64,000 nucleotides of DNA from Strigamia acuminata (Eukaryota), in contig OX442314.1 of NCBI GenBank assembly GCA_949358305.1, forward strand, positions 4,836,001 to 4,900,000, given 5' to 3'. The notes below the pieces were generated by a model that was not told the DNA's origin, made no database searches, and worked only from the letters and a program-made list of their open reading frames with translations. Made by a program: the position numbers and the translations under genes. The first letter of the stretch is position 1; each line of letters opens with the position of its first letter. Below are positions 12,586 through 24,300 of this stretch, in pieces.

Positions 12586-12770
12586 CTGGCTCGCTCGGGT
12601 CCCATCGAGTGCGCGTGTGGTCCTCCAAGTTTGACGTTGCGGAATTCAGCGTCCGCGCCTAGTTGGAGGCGCCAATCCGAGGGGCGTCGAGACCCAGGTG
12701 GGGCAGGGGTGCGTCCCGCGACCTCACGGGTCAAGCTCACCACCAAAGTCGAGTCTGAGCTGTCACTCAT
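12586..12770 (-). CDS. Probable first coding exon of an unidentified gene running leftwards
   Basis: GCCATG Kozak context at 12770, open frame MSDSSDSTLVVSLTREVAGRTPAPPGSRRPSDWRLQLGADAEFRNVKLGGPHAHSMGPERA, ending at a consensus CAG|GTAAGT donor. GC-rich island with CCAAT motifs upstream (~13006-13023). No recognisable domain. Confidence 0.45.
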
Positions 12771-13240
12771 GGCGCCAACACCTACGCAATTCACCGCAAA
12801 CAAAACGGGCGCTCCCCCCGCTCCTCCAATCTCCACCCACTCGCTTCTATTCGACCCCGGGGTCCTCGACGGGGCCAGCGTCCCGCAACTCGACGCCAAC
12901 AAGTTTGTTCTGTTCGGTTGGCGCACAAAAAGTGGGTTTTTTGCGTTTGATTGACGGCTGTGAGCGGGATGTCAATCATTTGAGTGAAGCGGGGTGAAAT
13001 TCGGGTCCAATTTGGCCAATTGGTCTTTTTAATTTTTAAATAATTTATTTTTTGGTGGATTTGATTGGTTTGGTAATTTTTTTTAATTTTTTTTAAAATT
13101 TTTTAGATGGTTAGATTGGATTTACTCAATTGGCTCCATCTGGTGGTGGAAAAAGAAATTTTTTTTATTTTACGAATTTTTATTTATTTTGTTTCTGTTG
13201 CACATCGTGACGCTAGGAGTTGTTGTCGTTTGTTGGAGCG

Positions 13241-13715
13241 TGTGACGATTCTACCTTTTGGATAATATTTAATTAAATTACCGATTGCAGTGTTTGTTTA
13301 GTTATGATTAGTTAGATTATTGTCACTAGTTGGCACTAGTGGTCTGTCTTGTTGTAATTGGATGATGAGATATAGAGTGTGATTGAAATGGCGACCAAGT
13401 GAAATAAACCATAGCAGTTAGCGTGTATCAACGTTAAATGCAGTTGTTATTGACATAATATCAAAGGATATTCAACACCGTTACGTTAGAGATAAAGACA
13501 TTGTTGCTGAACACTAACCTTATACCTGAGACAAGCAAAGTCCGTATGCGCTAAGTGAACTGTTACAGAATAAGATAGACTTACAAATTACATAGCTACA
13601 TTTATTAGTTAAGCAACTAGGTTTCCATGTCTATTCTTGTGTAAATCGGGTCGCATCTACTGGTTGAATGTCCGGGCGGGCCGAGGAATAGGACTGACCT
13701 CGCGGCATCGTTACA
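13241..13715. mobile_element. Possible solo LTR
   Basis: TG...CA ends with inverted termini TGTGACGAT / ATCGTTACA, 475 bp. No TSD found. Confidence 0.35.
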
Positions 13716-13768
13716 ACCATCATGGCGAAAGGTTATTTAGGCCTTCATCCGCCTCAGAGCCGTAACGG

Positions 13769-13852
13769 CAGGGTTGTACGCGTTACTGGAATTTGGTAAC
13801 TAGTTACCGTTACCGTTACTTGGCAAAAAAAGTAACTAGTTATTACCAACCG
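13769..13852 (+). mobile_element. Orphan hAT-like terminus (GTAAC/GTTAC subrepeats)
   Basis: CAGGGTTGTACGCGTTACTGGAATTTGG..., close inverted match to 56715-56795. Confidence 0.65.
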
Positions 13853-13960
13853 AAACAGCGAAAGATCAGAATGTCAGCTATTGGGCTTAATGTGTTTCAA
13901 GATCAAAGATACAAAAAAAAACAAACAAAAAGCAAAATTCTGGTGAAAATCCAAACCTTA

Positions 13961-14511
13961 AGCTTGGTTCACACTTGCGGATACGCGCCTAAAAATGACG
14001 GTTGTGATGTCATATCCTGCTGAAAATGCAGATTCGCGGCGGATTTTTTTTTAACTAGGATTTGTTTCTATTTTTCTGCGCGATTTTTTTCCGCAGCCAA
14101 TCACAAGGCATTTGATGACGTCACTTCTCAAACATGGCGCCTCGTTTCAACAACACCGTTGATTTTATTGAGGAAGTTAGAAGTTTTCCATTTCTATTCG
14201 AAAAGCAGGATCCAAAATACAAGGATGCCCTTCTAAAAGAGAATCGCTGGGCAGTTATTGCCAACAAATTTGAAATTACAGGTTAGTATTGTTCATGTCT
14301 TTTGGGGCGTGACATTATCTAGCGCGACTCGGGAAACTGTGATTTATTACGTGTATTTTTGGTTTGTATTCAGGTCAATTTTATTCATTTTGATTAAAAC
14401 TCACACGTGTTCGTTATATGTATTGTAGGTGAACCCACTAACATCTATTTTGCGGATACGCAGTCCGCACGCTCAAATCCGCGCAGAATATCCGCAAGTG
14501 TGAACCAAGCT
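13961..14511 (+). mobile_element. Internally deleted PIF/Harbinger-like element carrying a MADF exon
   Basis: Perfect 23-bp TIRs (AGCTTGGTTCACACTTGCGGATA), TTA left flank and TTTA right flank. Internal ATG 14134 to GT donor at 14282 encodes MAPRFNNTVDFIEEVRSFPFLFEKQDPKYKDALLKENRWAVIANKFEIT (MADF/Myb-like N-terminus). Confidence 0.85.
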
Positions 14512-14879
14512 TTTATATATGTATATTTGGAGAACAATAGGGATTAGTGGCAGCCAATTGGACACCAGAATCCATGGATTCGCAAATCACTTTAGGGATT
14601 AGCTGGTCCGGACCTTGCAGAAGCCTAGGTAAGTATTTTTCTAGGTTTACATTGTTTTAATATTGACTCTATTGAATCAATATCTCAATTAATAGTCGTG
14701 TTATTCATGTAATAAATATCATATATTTATTTATCGCATTTAAAACATACAATTGGAAAAATTCGAATCTCGCGCAATTTTAGTAAATCAGCGCCATCTG
14801 GTGCCGATCTATAAACTAATATGGTTTCATGTGTTTGCTATCACTCTACCAGTATTGGAAAGACGGCATTTACAGTGAA

Positions 14880-16008
14880 AGCTGTGTAGTTCGGACATAG
14901 GACGGGTCCCACAAACTTGTCCGGTCTAGGAAATGTCTATTTTGTAGAGCGTATACACCTCTGGTCCGGACAAATGCCACATGTCTGCACTAAAGAGCTA
15001 AAGAAAATCAATTTCCGCTACATTAAAACAATTTAAAAAAATGTAATTTTCTAATGAAAGAAGCAATAAAAAGAATTTAAAACACTACAAATTAAATTAA
15101 AAATTAAAAATTAGTTTATTGCCAGGTTCATAAAAGTTTAAAACCGAAATTTGCGCTAAGGGGTAGTGCTAACGCCAAGTGCCGCTAAAAATACGTACCG
15201 GTAATGTCTACGTTCGTGAAGACGTGCACATGGCGTAACGGTACCTTTAACACAAATTTCCTTTTGCAACCCTTGTGAACCTGCAATAAATTAATGTTTT
15301 ATTTAAATTTTAGTGTTTTTAATTCTTTTTGAAATTTGTTTCATTAGAAAATCGACATTTTTGGTTTTTTCCATCACTTCTTCGAATTTTATTTGTTTGA
15401 ATCTTCAGAGGTTTCGTTCATTTCTTCGACAGTATTTACTTCGAAAAGTAATTCTAATCTCCCTTTGCTGCAGTGCCATTTCTCCCACGATCAGTTCTTC
15501 GAAAGAGTCATTTCTTCAAAACTCATTTCTCGAATCGGTCATTTCTTCGAATCCACGCATTTACGTCGCATTAATGTAACGCCTTGCAGGCACTATATTG
15601 TATAAGTATTAACATCCTTGTGGGTGCTAATCACGTTGGGATCTTCAGGATGCTGGGTGGCGCTGCGTCAAGAACAGGGAGACACTGAAGCCGCGGTCGA
15701 AGGCATCAATACAGGGGTTTCTAACCCCCCGAAGAAACGTAAGGCAAGAATACTCCATTTGATGACTGAAAGGCGCACAATGTCTTCATTAGCCTTCATT
15801 CGTGGTATTGCCCACAACTTTGCTTTGCGGGTTACCTCTCATACAATAACTTCTCGAATGGGTTGTTTCTTCGAAAAAGATTTGTCTGCGAAACGATCTA
15901 TTCGAGAAACGTGGTCTTCGAAATGACTGCCTGAGAAGTGAAATTCGAAGAAGTGACCCAGACTCGAGCAAACCTGTCCGGACGGTGCTATGTCCGGACT
16001 ACACAGCT
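14880..16008. mobile_element. TIR DNA transposon remnant (host of a nested MULE relic)
   Basis: 21-bp inverted termini AGCTGTGTAGT(T/C)CGGACATAG at 14880-14900 and 15988-16008. TSD not clear. Confidence 0.65.
15372..15968 (+). mobile_element. Mutator-like (MULE) relic with frameshifted transposase C-terminus
   Basis: Inverted TCACTTCTTCGAATTT motifs (~15374-15389 and ~15941-15957) with many TTCGAA subrepeats. The internal sequence ~15608-15830 reads INILVGANHVGIFRML/VALRQEQGDTE...PPKKRK...AFIRGIAHNF, resembling animal MULE transposase C-termini. Confidence 0.6.
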
Positions 16009-16047
16009 TACACTCCATTTTAATAGAAAAAAATTCAAAATACACTT

Positions 16048-16090
16048 TCCGGGGTCCAAATTGACCCTAGGTTGGGGTGGAAAGGGTTAA
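16048..16090. mobile_element. piggyBac-like right terminus fragment
   Basis: GGGTCCAAATTGACCC subterminal palindrome followed by AAAGGG|TTAA. Confidence 0.4.
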
Positions 16091-16389
16091 TAGGCAATAA
16101 ACAGTTTTAAAAAAAGTTTTCTTGCGTTTTCTCTCGCCGTACAATCACTTTTCCAGCTAAAAATTCTTTATCCATAAAAAAATGAATTTTTTTTGCAGAA
16201 TTTTCATTTTTTTTAGAATCATTTTTACACTAATGAATCACTCCATAACAATTTTTTTTTTATCAGTTAGAAAACGTTAAAATTCCACTTTTTCCAACTT
16301 GTCTTGGCGCCCCCCATTGAGTGTTTATTACGCCACTTCGAAATATCAATATATCACCGGTGTGTTGCATTTTCGCCCACCAAAACAAT

Positions 16390-19300
16390 TCACACGCGGA
16401 ACGCCGAGGAGTAATAAGTCAAGCTCGAGTTTCGGCGAAAACTGTCGAGGTTGTTCAGAATAAATTCCCTAAAATATAAAAATTAAAATTAATTTTTTTT
16501 TTTTTTAAATTCTATTTTTCGTTTGCCTCGTTTTTTCGGCCATTTCGTCGGGCGACCAGCGAGAGTTGTAGGGATAGTCCTCGTATTTCGTGAAACACGG
16601 TTGGCCGTTGTTGCGGGACAACGTGTAGATGGACTGTAACATTATTGTGGGTTTGTCTTCGGGGAAATATTGCGGAAGGTTAACTGGAAGATTGAAATGA
16701 TTTTGAATTTTTTTGGGTTTTTTTTGGGTATTTTGGGTTTTTTTTACTGTGAACTATGAAGAAAAATTCGTCCTTTTCGAATAAAAAGGAGATTTTGGTG
16801 AATAATTCCATGTCGAATTCGAGTAGTGAGCTTTTGGAAAGGAAAAATATGGATTTTATTGAAAAGGTTTGGATGTAATTCGTGGTTTGTTTAAGTTGGG
16901 TGAAATAATGGCGTAGTAATTGTACTATTGTGTGGGTGTGTGTATCAGAATTAATTGGATTTGGCCAAATGTGCTGTCGGGGTTTATGGAAATTTTCAAA
17001 TTTTCTCAAAGTTTGGTTGAATTTTTGTTTTTTTTGTATATTTTTTTTGAAATTTAGTGCAAATTTTCTGAAACTTAAAGAATTTGATAAAATTCAATCA
17101 AATTTGATGAAATTCAATTCAAATTGTTGAAATTCAATTCAAATTTGATAAAATTTGAATTTAATTTGTTAAAATTCAGTCAAAATTGATGAAATTTGTT
17201 AAAATTCAATCAAAATTGATGAAATTTGCATGAAATTTGAATGAAATTTGATAAAATTTGATAAAATGTGAATGAAATTTGATGAAATTTGTTGAAATTT
17301 GTTGAAATTCAATTCAAATTTGATGAAATTTGATGAAATTTGTTGAAATTCAATTCAAATTTGATGAAATTTGATGAAATTTGTTGAAATTCAATTCAAA
17401 TTTGATGAAATTTGATGAAATTTGTTGAAATTCAATTCAAATTTGATGAAATTTGAATTAAATTTGTTAAAATTCAGTCAAATTTGATAAATTTTGATGA
17501 AATTTGAATGATTTTTGATGAAATTTAAATGAAATTTGATAAAATTTGAATGGAATTTGATGAAATTTGAATGAAATTTGATGAAATGCAATTCAAATTT
17601 GATGAAATTTGAATTTAATTTGTTAAAATTCAATCAAAATTGATGAAAATTGCATGAAATTTGTTAAAATTCAATTCAATTGGTTAAAATTCAATTCAAT
17701 TGGTTAAAATTCAATTCAATTGGTTAAAATTCAATTCAATTGGTTAAAATTCAATTCAATTGGTTAAAATTCAATTCAATTGGTTAAAATTCAATCAAAA
17801 TTGATGAAATTTGTTAAAATTCAATCAAATTTGATGAAATTTGAATGAAATTTGAATGAAATTCAATGAAATCCAACACAAATTTGTCAAATTTGTTGAA
17901 AACCACTTCAGAACAATCCAAAACTCCCCAAACTCATAAACCAATCGACACGCCATCAAATCAAAACATACGATCCAAAATGCGACAGAAAAGCCGACGT
18001 GTACTCCTTCCTTCGTTCGTACCCCAACTCAACTTGCGCAATCTAAAACAAACAAACAAACAAATAAACAAATAAAATCAGTTCTCAAACGCAGACTTCA
18101 AAAAATGTACAACTTTATTTTGAATTAATTCTTGCACGTTTGGCACATATTCCATCAGACAACTCCCAGCTGGATAGTTCGGAATCCGCAAATTCGTGGA
18201 ACCACCGAAAGCGCTGAAAAACAAACTAAATAAATAAATTAAATTTAAATTAAATTCAACCATCCGTGAATTACTTCTCTACGCGCGGCGACAGAAATAT
18301 CTGCGGCGAAATCTTGTTCATATCTCGCAAATTAAACACGATTAACAGAACGATGGAATCTTCGCCCGGATTTCCCTTGAAAAGGTAAAAATGTGTGAGT
18401 GGACGCCTGGACGGGAGAAAGTTTGAAGTTTTTCAGTTACGTTTAAGTAGACCGGAGGGATTTTCGACAAATCGACTGGAAGACGAACCAGGAAATTAAC
18501 AGTTCCTGATTTTGACTGAAAATGTTCAATTATATTCAATTAAAAATCGATTTTCATCATTTAAAATCGATTTTCATCGTTTAAAATCGATTTTCATCGT
18601 TTAAAATCGATTTTCATCGTTTAAAATCGATTTTCATCGTTTAAAATCGATTTTCATCGTTTAAAATCGATTTTCATCGTTTAAAATCGATTTTCATCGT
18701 TTAAAATCGATTTTCATCGTTTAAAATCGATTTTCATCGTTTAAAATCGATTTTCATCGTTTAAAATCGATTTTCATCGTTTAAAATCGATTTTCATCGT
18801 TTAAAATCGATTTTCATCGTTTAAAATCGATTTTCATCGTTTAAAATCGATTTTCATCGTTTAAAATCGATTTTCATCAATTAAATTATTAAAAATCGAT
18901 TTTCATCATTTAAAATCGATTTTCATCATTTAAAATCGATTTTCATCATTTAAAATCGATTTTCATCAATTAAAATCGATTTTTATCAATTAAAATCAAT
19001 TTTCATCATTTAAAATCGATTTTCATCATTTAAAATCAATTTTAATCAATTAAAATCGATTTTCATAATTTAAAATCGATTTTTATCATTTAAAATCGAT
19101 TAAAAACCAATTTTTAATTATTTAAAATCGATTTTCTTCATCAAAATTGAATAAAAACCGAATTTCAATCATTTAAAATCGATTTTCATCATCAAAATTG
19201 AAGAAGAACCAATTTTCATCATTTAAAATCAATTTCAATCGATAACAATCAAGTTTAATTGTTGAAAACCGATTTAAATCGACTATTTATCGTTAAAAAT

Positions 19301-20948
19301 CAATTTAAATCGACTATTTATCATTGAAAACCGATTTGAATCGACTATTTAAAGTTAAAAACCGATTTGAATCGACTATTTATCGTTAAAAACCAATTTA
19401 AATCGACCATTTATTGTTGAAAATCGATTTTAATTGCACGAAACCAATTTAAATCGACCATTTATCGTTGAAAATCAATTTTAATTGCACGAAACCAACT
19501 TTTCTCAATTGCACAACTTCGATGTCGTCTTTCGTGAAATTTGTGTTGTTGAGCAACGAATCGTATTCAAATTTCAGCCTCTCGTGTTTGTCTAATAAAT
19601 CAACTTGATGTTCTCGATAAGCGTCCACTAATTGTTCAACAAGTTGAACCAACATGTCGGGATTGTCTTTGCTCCAATTCATCAACGCCTGCAAAAATTC
19701 ATATGTTTATATCCTGAAAATCATTCGCAGTCAGAGGCGGGATGCAGCACAAACACGAACTTTCATTAAATCAAACGACCGACAAATGCATTTTAAAAGC
19801 AAAAAATAGGCCTTTTCACACAAAATTTCGTCATAAAAAATGTATCTTTTGATCTAAAATACGAATTTTGATTTAAAAATGTATTTTTTGGGTCTAAAAG
19901 GGTCTATTTTTGGTATAAAATTGCATTTTTAGGTTTAAATAGTTCGTTTTATACATAAAAAAATATTTTTTGATCAAAATAATCGATTTTCGCTTTGGAA
20001 ATGCATTTTTTGGTCTAAAATGTGTCTGAAATGGTCTATTTTTGCTTTAAAATTGCATTTTTGGTTTAAATAGTTCGTTTTATATACATAAAAAATTAAT
20101 TTATGGTTTGTAAATGTCTGTTTTTGTGTCTAATAAGTTATTTAACACAAAAGTTTGGTCTAAAAATGTCTGCTTCGGCTTCTAATAAGTGATTAGACAC
20201 GAAAACAGACATTTTTAGATAAAAAAAATTATTTTTTTTGGGTATAAAACGAACTATTTAGACCTAAAAATGTATTTTTAAAGCAAAAATAGACTTTTAT
20301 AGACCAAAAAAATGCATTTTTAAAGCAAAAAAAAACCTTATAGATCAAAAAAGCATTTTTTTGTGTTGAAATATACTTAAAAAACGCAAAAACGGACCTT
20401 TTCAGACCAAAAAATTATTATTTAGACCCAAAAATGCCCCAAAAAATCTAAAAAATGCCGGTTTTAAGCTAAAAAAACAAAATAATTCGTCTGTGCTTTG
20501 CCCGCCTCTATTTCCATCATCCAAAACACACTCCAAGTTTCATCGGATCGGGAACGAACTGTTTGTCGTCGAATATGAAATCTGGCGGATGGTTTGGACT
20601 GTTTCCAAGAAATATAACATCCCCTAAAACAAAAATTTTATTATCACAAAAAAATATTTATTTATTTATTTTATTTTATTTATTTATTTTTACATTCCAG
20701 AGAAATTCCTGCGTACGGCAACGTCAATTTAAATCGGTCGCCGTTCGGTTTCTTCGAATTGGACGCACAACTGAAACGAACAAACGAATTTTATTATTTT
20801 TAATTATTTGTTTTTATTTTTGTTATTCGAACCCGGTGCGAATGTCCGATATTCGAACACTTCCCGAGCAAATACCGATCCACGCTTTTTTGATCAACGA
20901 AGAAACGAAAGGGTAAATTGCGGGTGTTATTTCATCGCGTAAACCCAT
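16390..20948 (-). CDS. BABAM2: BRISC and BRCA1-A complex member 2 (BRE/BRCC45), 11 coding exons, ~379 aa
   Basis: Hand-spliced exons (minus strand): 20948-20833, 20770-20694, 20623-20532, 19688-19500, 18515-18441, 18375-18275, 18213-18114, 18042-17972, 16830-16748, 16683-16527, 16468-16390 (1140 nt, frame-consistent). The translation carries BRE hallmarks in the right order: DRFKLTLPYAG, WDVIF..PPDFIF, RLKFEYDSLL, FLVRLPVDLSKIP, LSPRVENAFGGSTNLRIP, CLMEYVP, RKEYTSAFLSHFG, LPQYFPEDKPTIMLQSIY, YPYNSRW. Confidence 0.95.
17090..17868. repeat. Intronic ~10-bp-based minisatellite (AAATTTGATG / AATTCAATTC)
   Basis: BABAM2 intron 8. Confidence 0.9.
18541..19490. repeat. Intronic 20-bp minisatellite TTAAAATCGATTTTCATCGT, decaying rightwards
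   Basis: BABAM2 intron 4. Perfect copies ~18561-18878. Confidence 0.95.
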
Positions 20949-21339
20949 TTTCCAAATTATTTGATGCTGAAATTTATTTTTTATCGGAGAAAAATGTTGT
21001 TTTACGCGAGAGTTTTCCAGACACAGGAAGCGGCCATATTGTGTACTCTCGTAACAAAAAAGCAGTTGAGACGATATTTAGATTGTTTGAATGTATTTTA
21101 TTTATTTTGTTTTTTCTAGAAAAGAGTGGAATTTATTATTTAAAAAAATTAATGTTTTGTTTTCCAAAAGACGATTTTTTACTTAAAATATGACGTCATA
21201 AAAAAACTAAATAAATGAATTCGAATACAAGTGATGACGATGTTAGTGCAGTTCTGAGGTTTTACTAAAACCCGGTTAACCAAAGAGGCGGTTATTTTAT
21301 ATCTTCGGCGATTTTGAAATCATTTTATTTTACATCGAC
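20949..21339. promoter_or_regulatory. Probable bidirectional promoter between BABAM2 and MUS81
   Basis: Only 391 bp separate the divergent start codons. Contains ETS-like CAGGAAG fused to YY1-like GGCCATATT (21024-21040) and a palindromic CRE TATGACGTCATA (21189-21200). Confidence 0.7.
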
Positions 21340-24300
21340 ATGGCAACTCAGAAAAAGTACAAACGAGTGAAGAAAATTATGAAAGAAAGCCCGAATCCGT
21401 TGTTTGAGAAATGGGTGCAGGAGTGGTACGACGAAGCGGCCACCAAAGGATGGAAAAGTCAATACAACTACAAAAAGGCGCTGCAAACGTTGAAAAAGTA
21501 CCCGCTGCCTTTAAATTCCGGCAAAGAAGCTCAAGTATTGGAGAATTTCGGTACGAAATTGCCAATTCCACCTCCACAATTCCAAAATTTCGTCTGAAAT
21601 TTAAAAAAAAATGAATTTTTTCGTTTTTAGGCGTCAAAATCTGCCAAATGCTCGACGACAAACTCAAAGAATTCGTGAAAAACGGAGGTAAATCATTGAG
21701 TTTTATAGTTTAAATCGTTTTTGTAATTTTATTTTACATTTTAGGTGATTTGCCGACCGAATTAAACGGAGATAGATCGAAGAGTTCGGCGATAAATGGG
21801 GATTCGTCGAGTGATGAAACGTGCGAATCGCAAGGACAGACGAGGAAAACCGCTCGCAAACGGGAATATGTGCCGGTGGTTCGATCAGGACCGTACGCTT
21901 TACTCGTTTCATTGTATAAAAATCATGAGGTAGAGGAAAGAATTCAGATTGAATGCATATTTTTCACTGAACGGTGAATTTATATACCCAAAAATTGCAA
22001 TTTTATCGCTGAAAATGCAATTTTATTGGTGAAAATGCAATTTTATTGGTGAAAATGCAATTTTATTGGTGAAAATGCAATTTTATTGGTGAAAATGCAA
22101 GTTTGTCGGTGAAAATGCAATTTTATCGGTGAAAATGCATTGAAATGTGCAATTTTATCGCTGAAAATGCAATTTTATCACTGAAAATGCATTGAAATGT
22201 GCAATTTTATCGCTGAAAATGCATTGATATGCTTAGAATGTGCAATTTTATCGCTGAAAATGCAATTTTATCGCTGAAAATGCAATTTTATTGCTGAAAA
22301 TGCAATTTTATCGCTGTAAATGCAATTTTATCGCTAAAAATGCAATTTTATCACTGAAAATGCAATTTTATCGCTAAAAATTCAATTTTATTGCTGAAAA
22401 TGCAATTTTATCGCTGTAAATGCAATTTTATCGCTGAAAATGCAATTTTATCGCTGAAAATGCAATTTTATCGCTGAAAATGCATTGATATGCTTAAAAT
22501 GTGCAATTTTAACGCCGAAAATACATTCACAAGCTTAAAAACTGCATTTTTGTTGCTAAAAATGCATTTCCACGCATTAAATCTGCATTATTATTATTAT
22601 TTTCAGTTAAACGGTGCAAACGCTTGCATGAAAAAAGGCGATCTAATGGATGCGGCGCAACCGTTATCGGACAAATCGTTTCGCGTGGTTAACACAATAA
22701 ACCAAAACATTTTTGCCGTTCACGCATTTAATTTTTCGTTAAATTTCAGCCCGAACCCGGCTGCTACTACACCGCTTGGTCGTCGATGGGAGTGTTGATC
22801 AAAAAGTGTCTCATCGTCAAAGAAAGCAGCCCCGCCAAGTATTAAATCAAATCTAAGATACAAAACAATTCTTTCACGTAATAATTTCCTTTTACCAGAT
22901 ATTCGCTCACGGAGTCCGGCAAACACCTAGCGGCGAAAATTCTAAACGCCGAAAACCGAAAAACGAGCGAAATAAACGAGAATTCGCGTGAAATGAACGT
23001 AAATTCGCGAGAAATAAACGTGAATTCGCGAGAAATGAACGTAAATTCGCAGTCATCGTCGAGTTCAAGTCGTTTAATTTCAACTCAATCATCGACATCA
23101 TCGAAAAATAGTGAAAATCGGTCGAATCGATTAAATATTTGGTTGGAAATCGATTTTTTTTAAATTATTTGTTCGATTTTTAGGTTTACTTACTGTTACG
23201 TGACGGATGGCGGCGAGGAAGTTCGGGAAAAGGACAAAGCTGCGATTTCCGTCGATGGTGAGTCGAATGGGTTGTTGGTGTTGGTTTTTATTGATTATGT
23301 TTTGGTTTTTTAGCTGATATGATTGGATTTTTGGTAAAATGTGGGAAGGAAACTTTGCTCTCGTCCGGACGTTGTTTTAAGATGGATAAATCGCGGCCAG
23401 CGGCGGATGATTTCGTTTATGCCTTTTTACACAATAATTATGCGGATGAAATTATTGATGAAGAGGATTTTTTGAACAAAAGTATAATTTTTATTTATAG
23501 ATTTGATGGATTTTATGCATTTTGGGGACTGAGGACACTTTTTCAGAACCAAAAATGCATTTTTAGATGTTGAATTATAAACCCATGTTAATATAAACCC
23601 ATGACAAACAAAATGTTTTTTTTTTCATGCAGAAATACAGAAAACTGAATTTTAATTTAAAAAAAGTTATGCATTTTTACGAGAAGACGAAAAAGTGCAA
23701 AAAGCTGAATTCATACACAAAAAATGCAAAAAAATGAATTTATACATAAAAAAATGCAAAAAGCTGAATTCATACACAAAAAATGCAAAAAAATGAATTT
23801 ATACATAAAAAAATGCAAAAAATGAATTTTTTCATGCAAAAATGCAAAAAACTAAATTTTTCCATGCAAAAATGCAAAAAACTGAATTTTTCCATGCAAA
23901 AAACTGAAATTTTCGATGCAAAAATGCACAAAACTGAATTTTTCCATGCAAAAATGCAAATAAAAGAATTTTTCCATGCAAAAATGCAAATAAAAGAATT
24001 TTTCCATGCAAAAATGCAAAAAACTAAATTTTTCCATGTAAAAATGCAAGAAACTGAATTTTTCCATGCAAAAATGCAAAAAACTGAATTTTTCCATGCA
24101 AAAATGCAAAAATGTGAATTAATACACAAAAAAAAAATCATTTTTTCATGCAAAAATGCAAAAATTTGAATTAATACACAAAAAAAACATTATTTTTCCA
24201 TGCAAAAATGGAAAAATTTGAATTAATACACAAAAAAAAAATCATTTTTCCATGCAAAAATGCAAAAATTTGAATTAATACACAAAAAAAAATCATTTTT

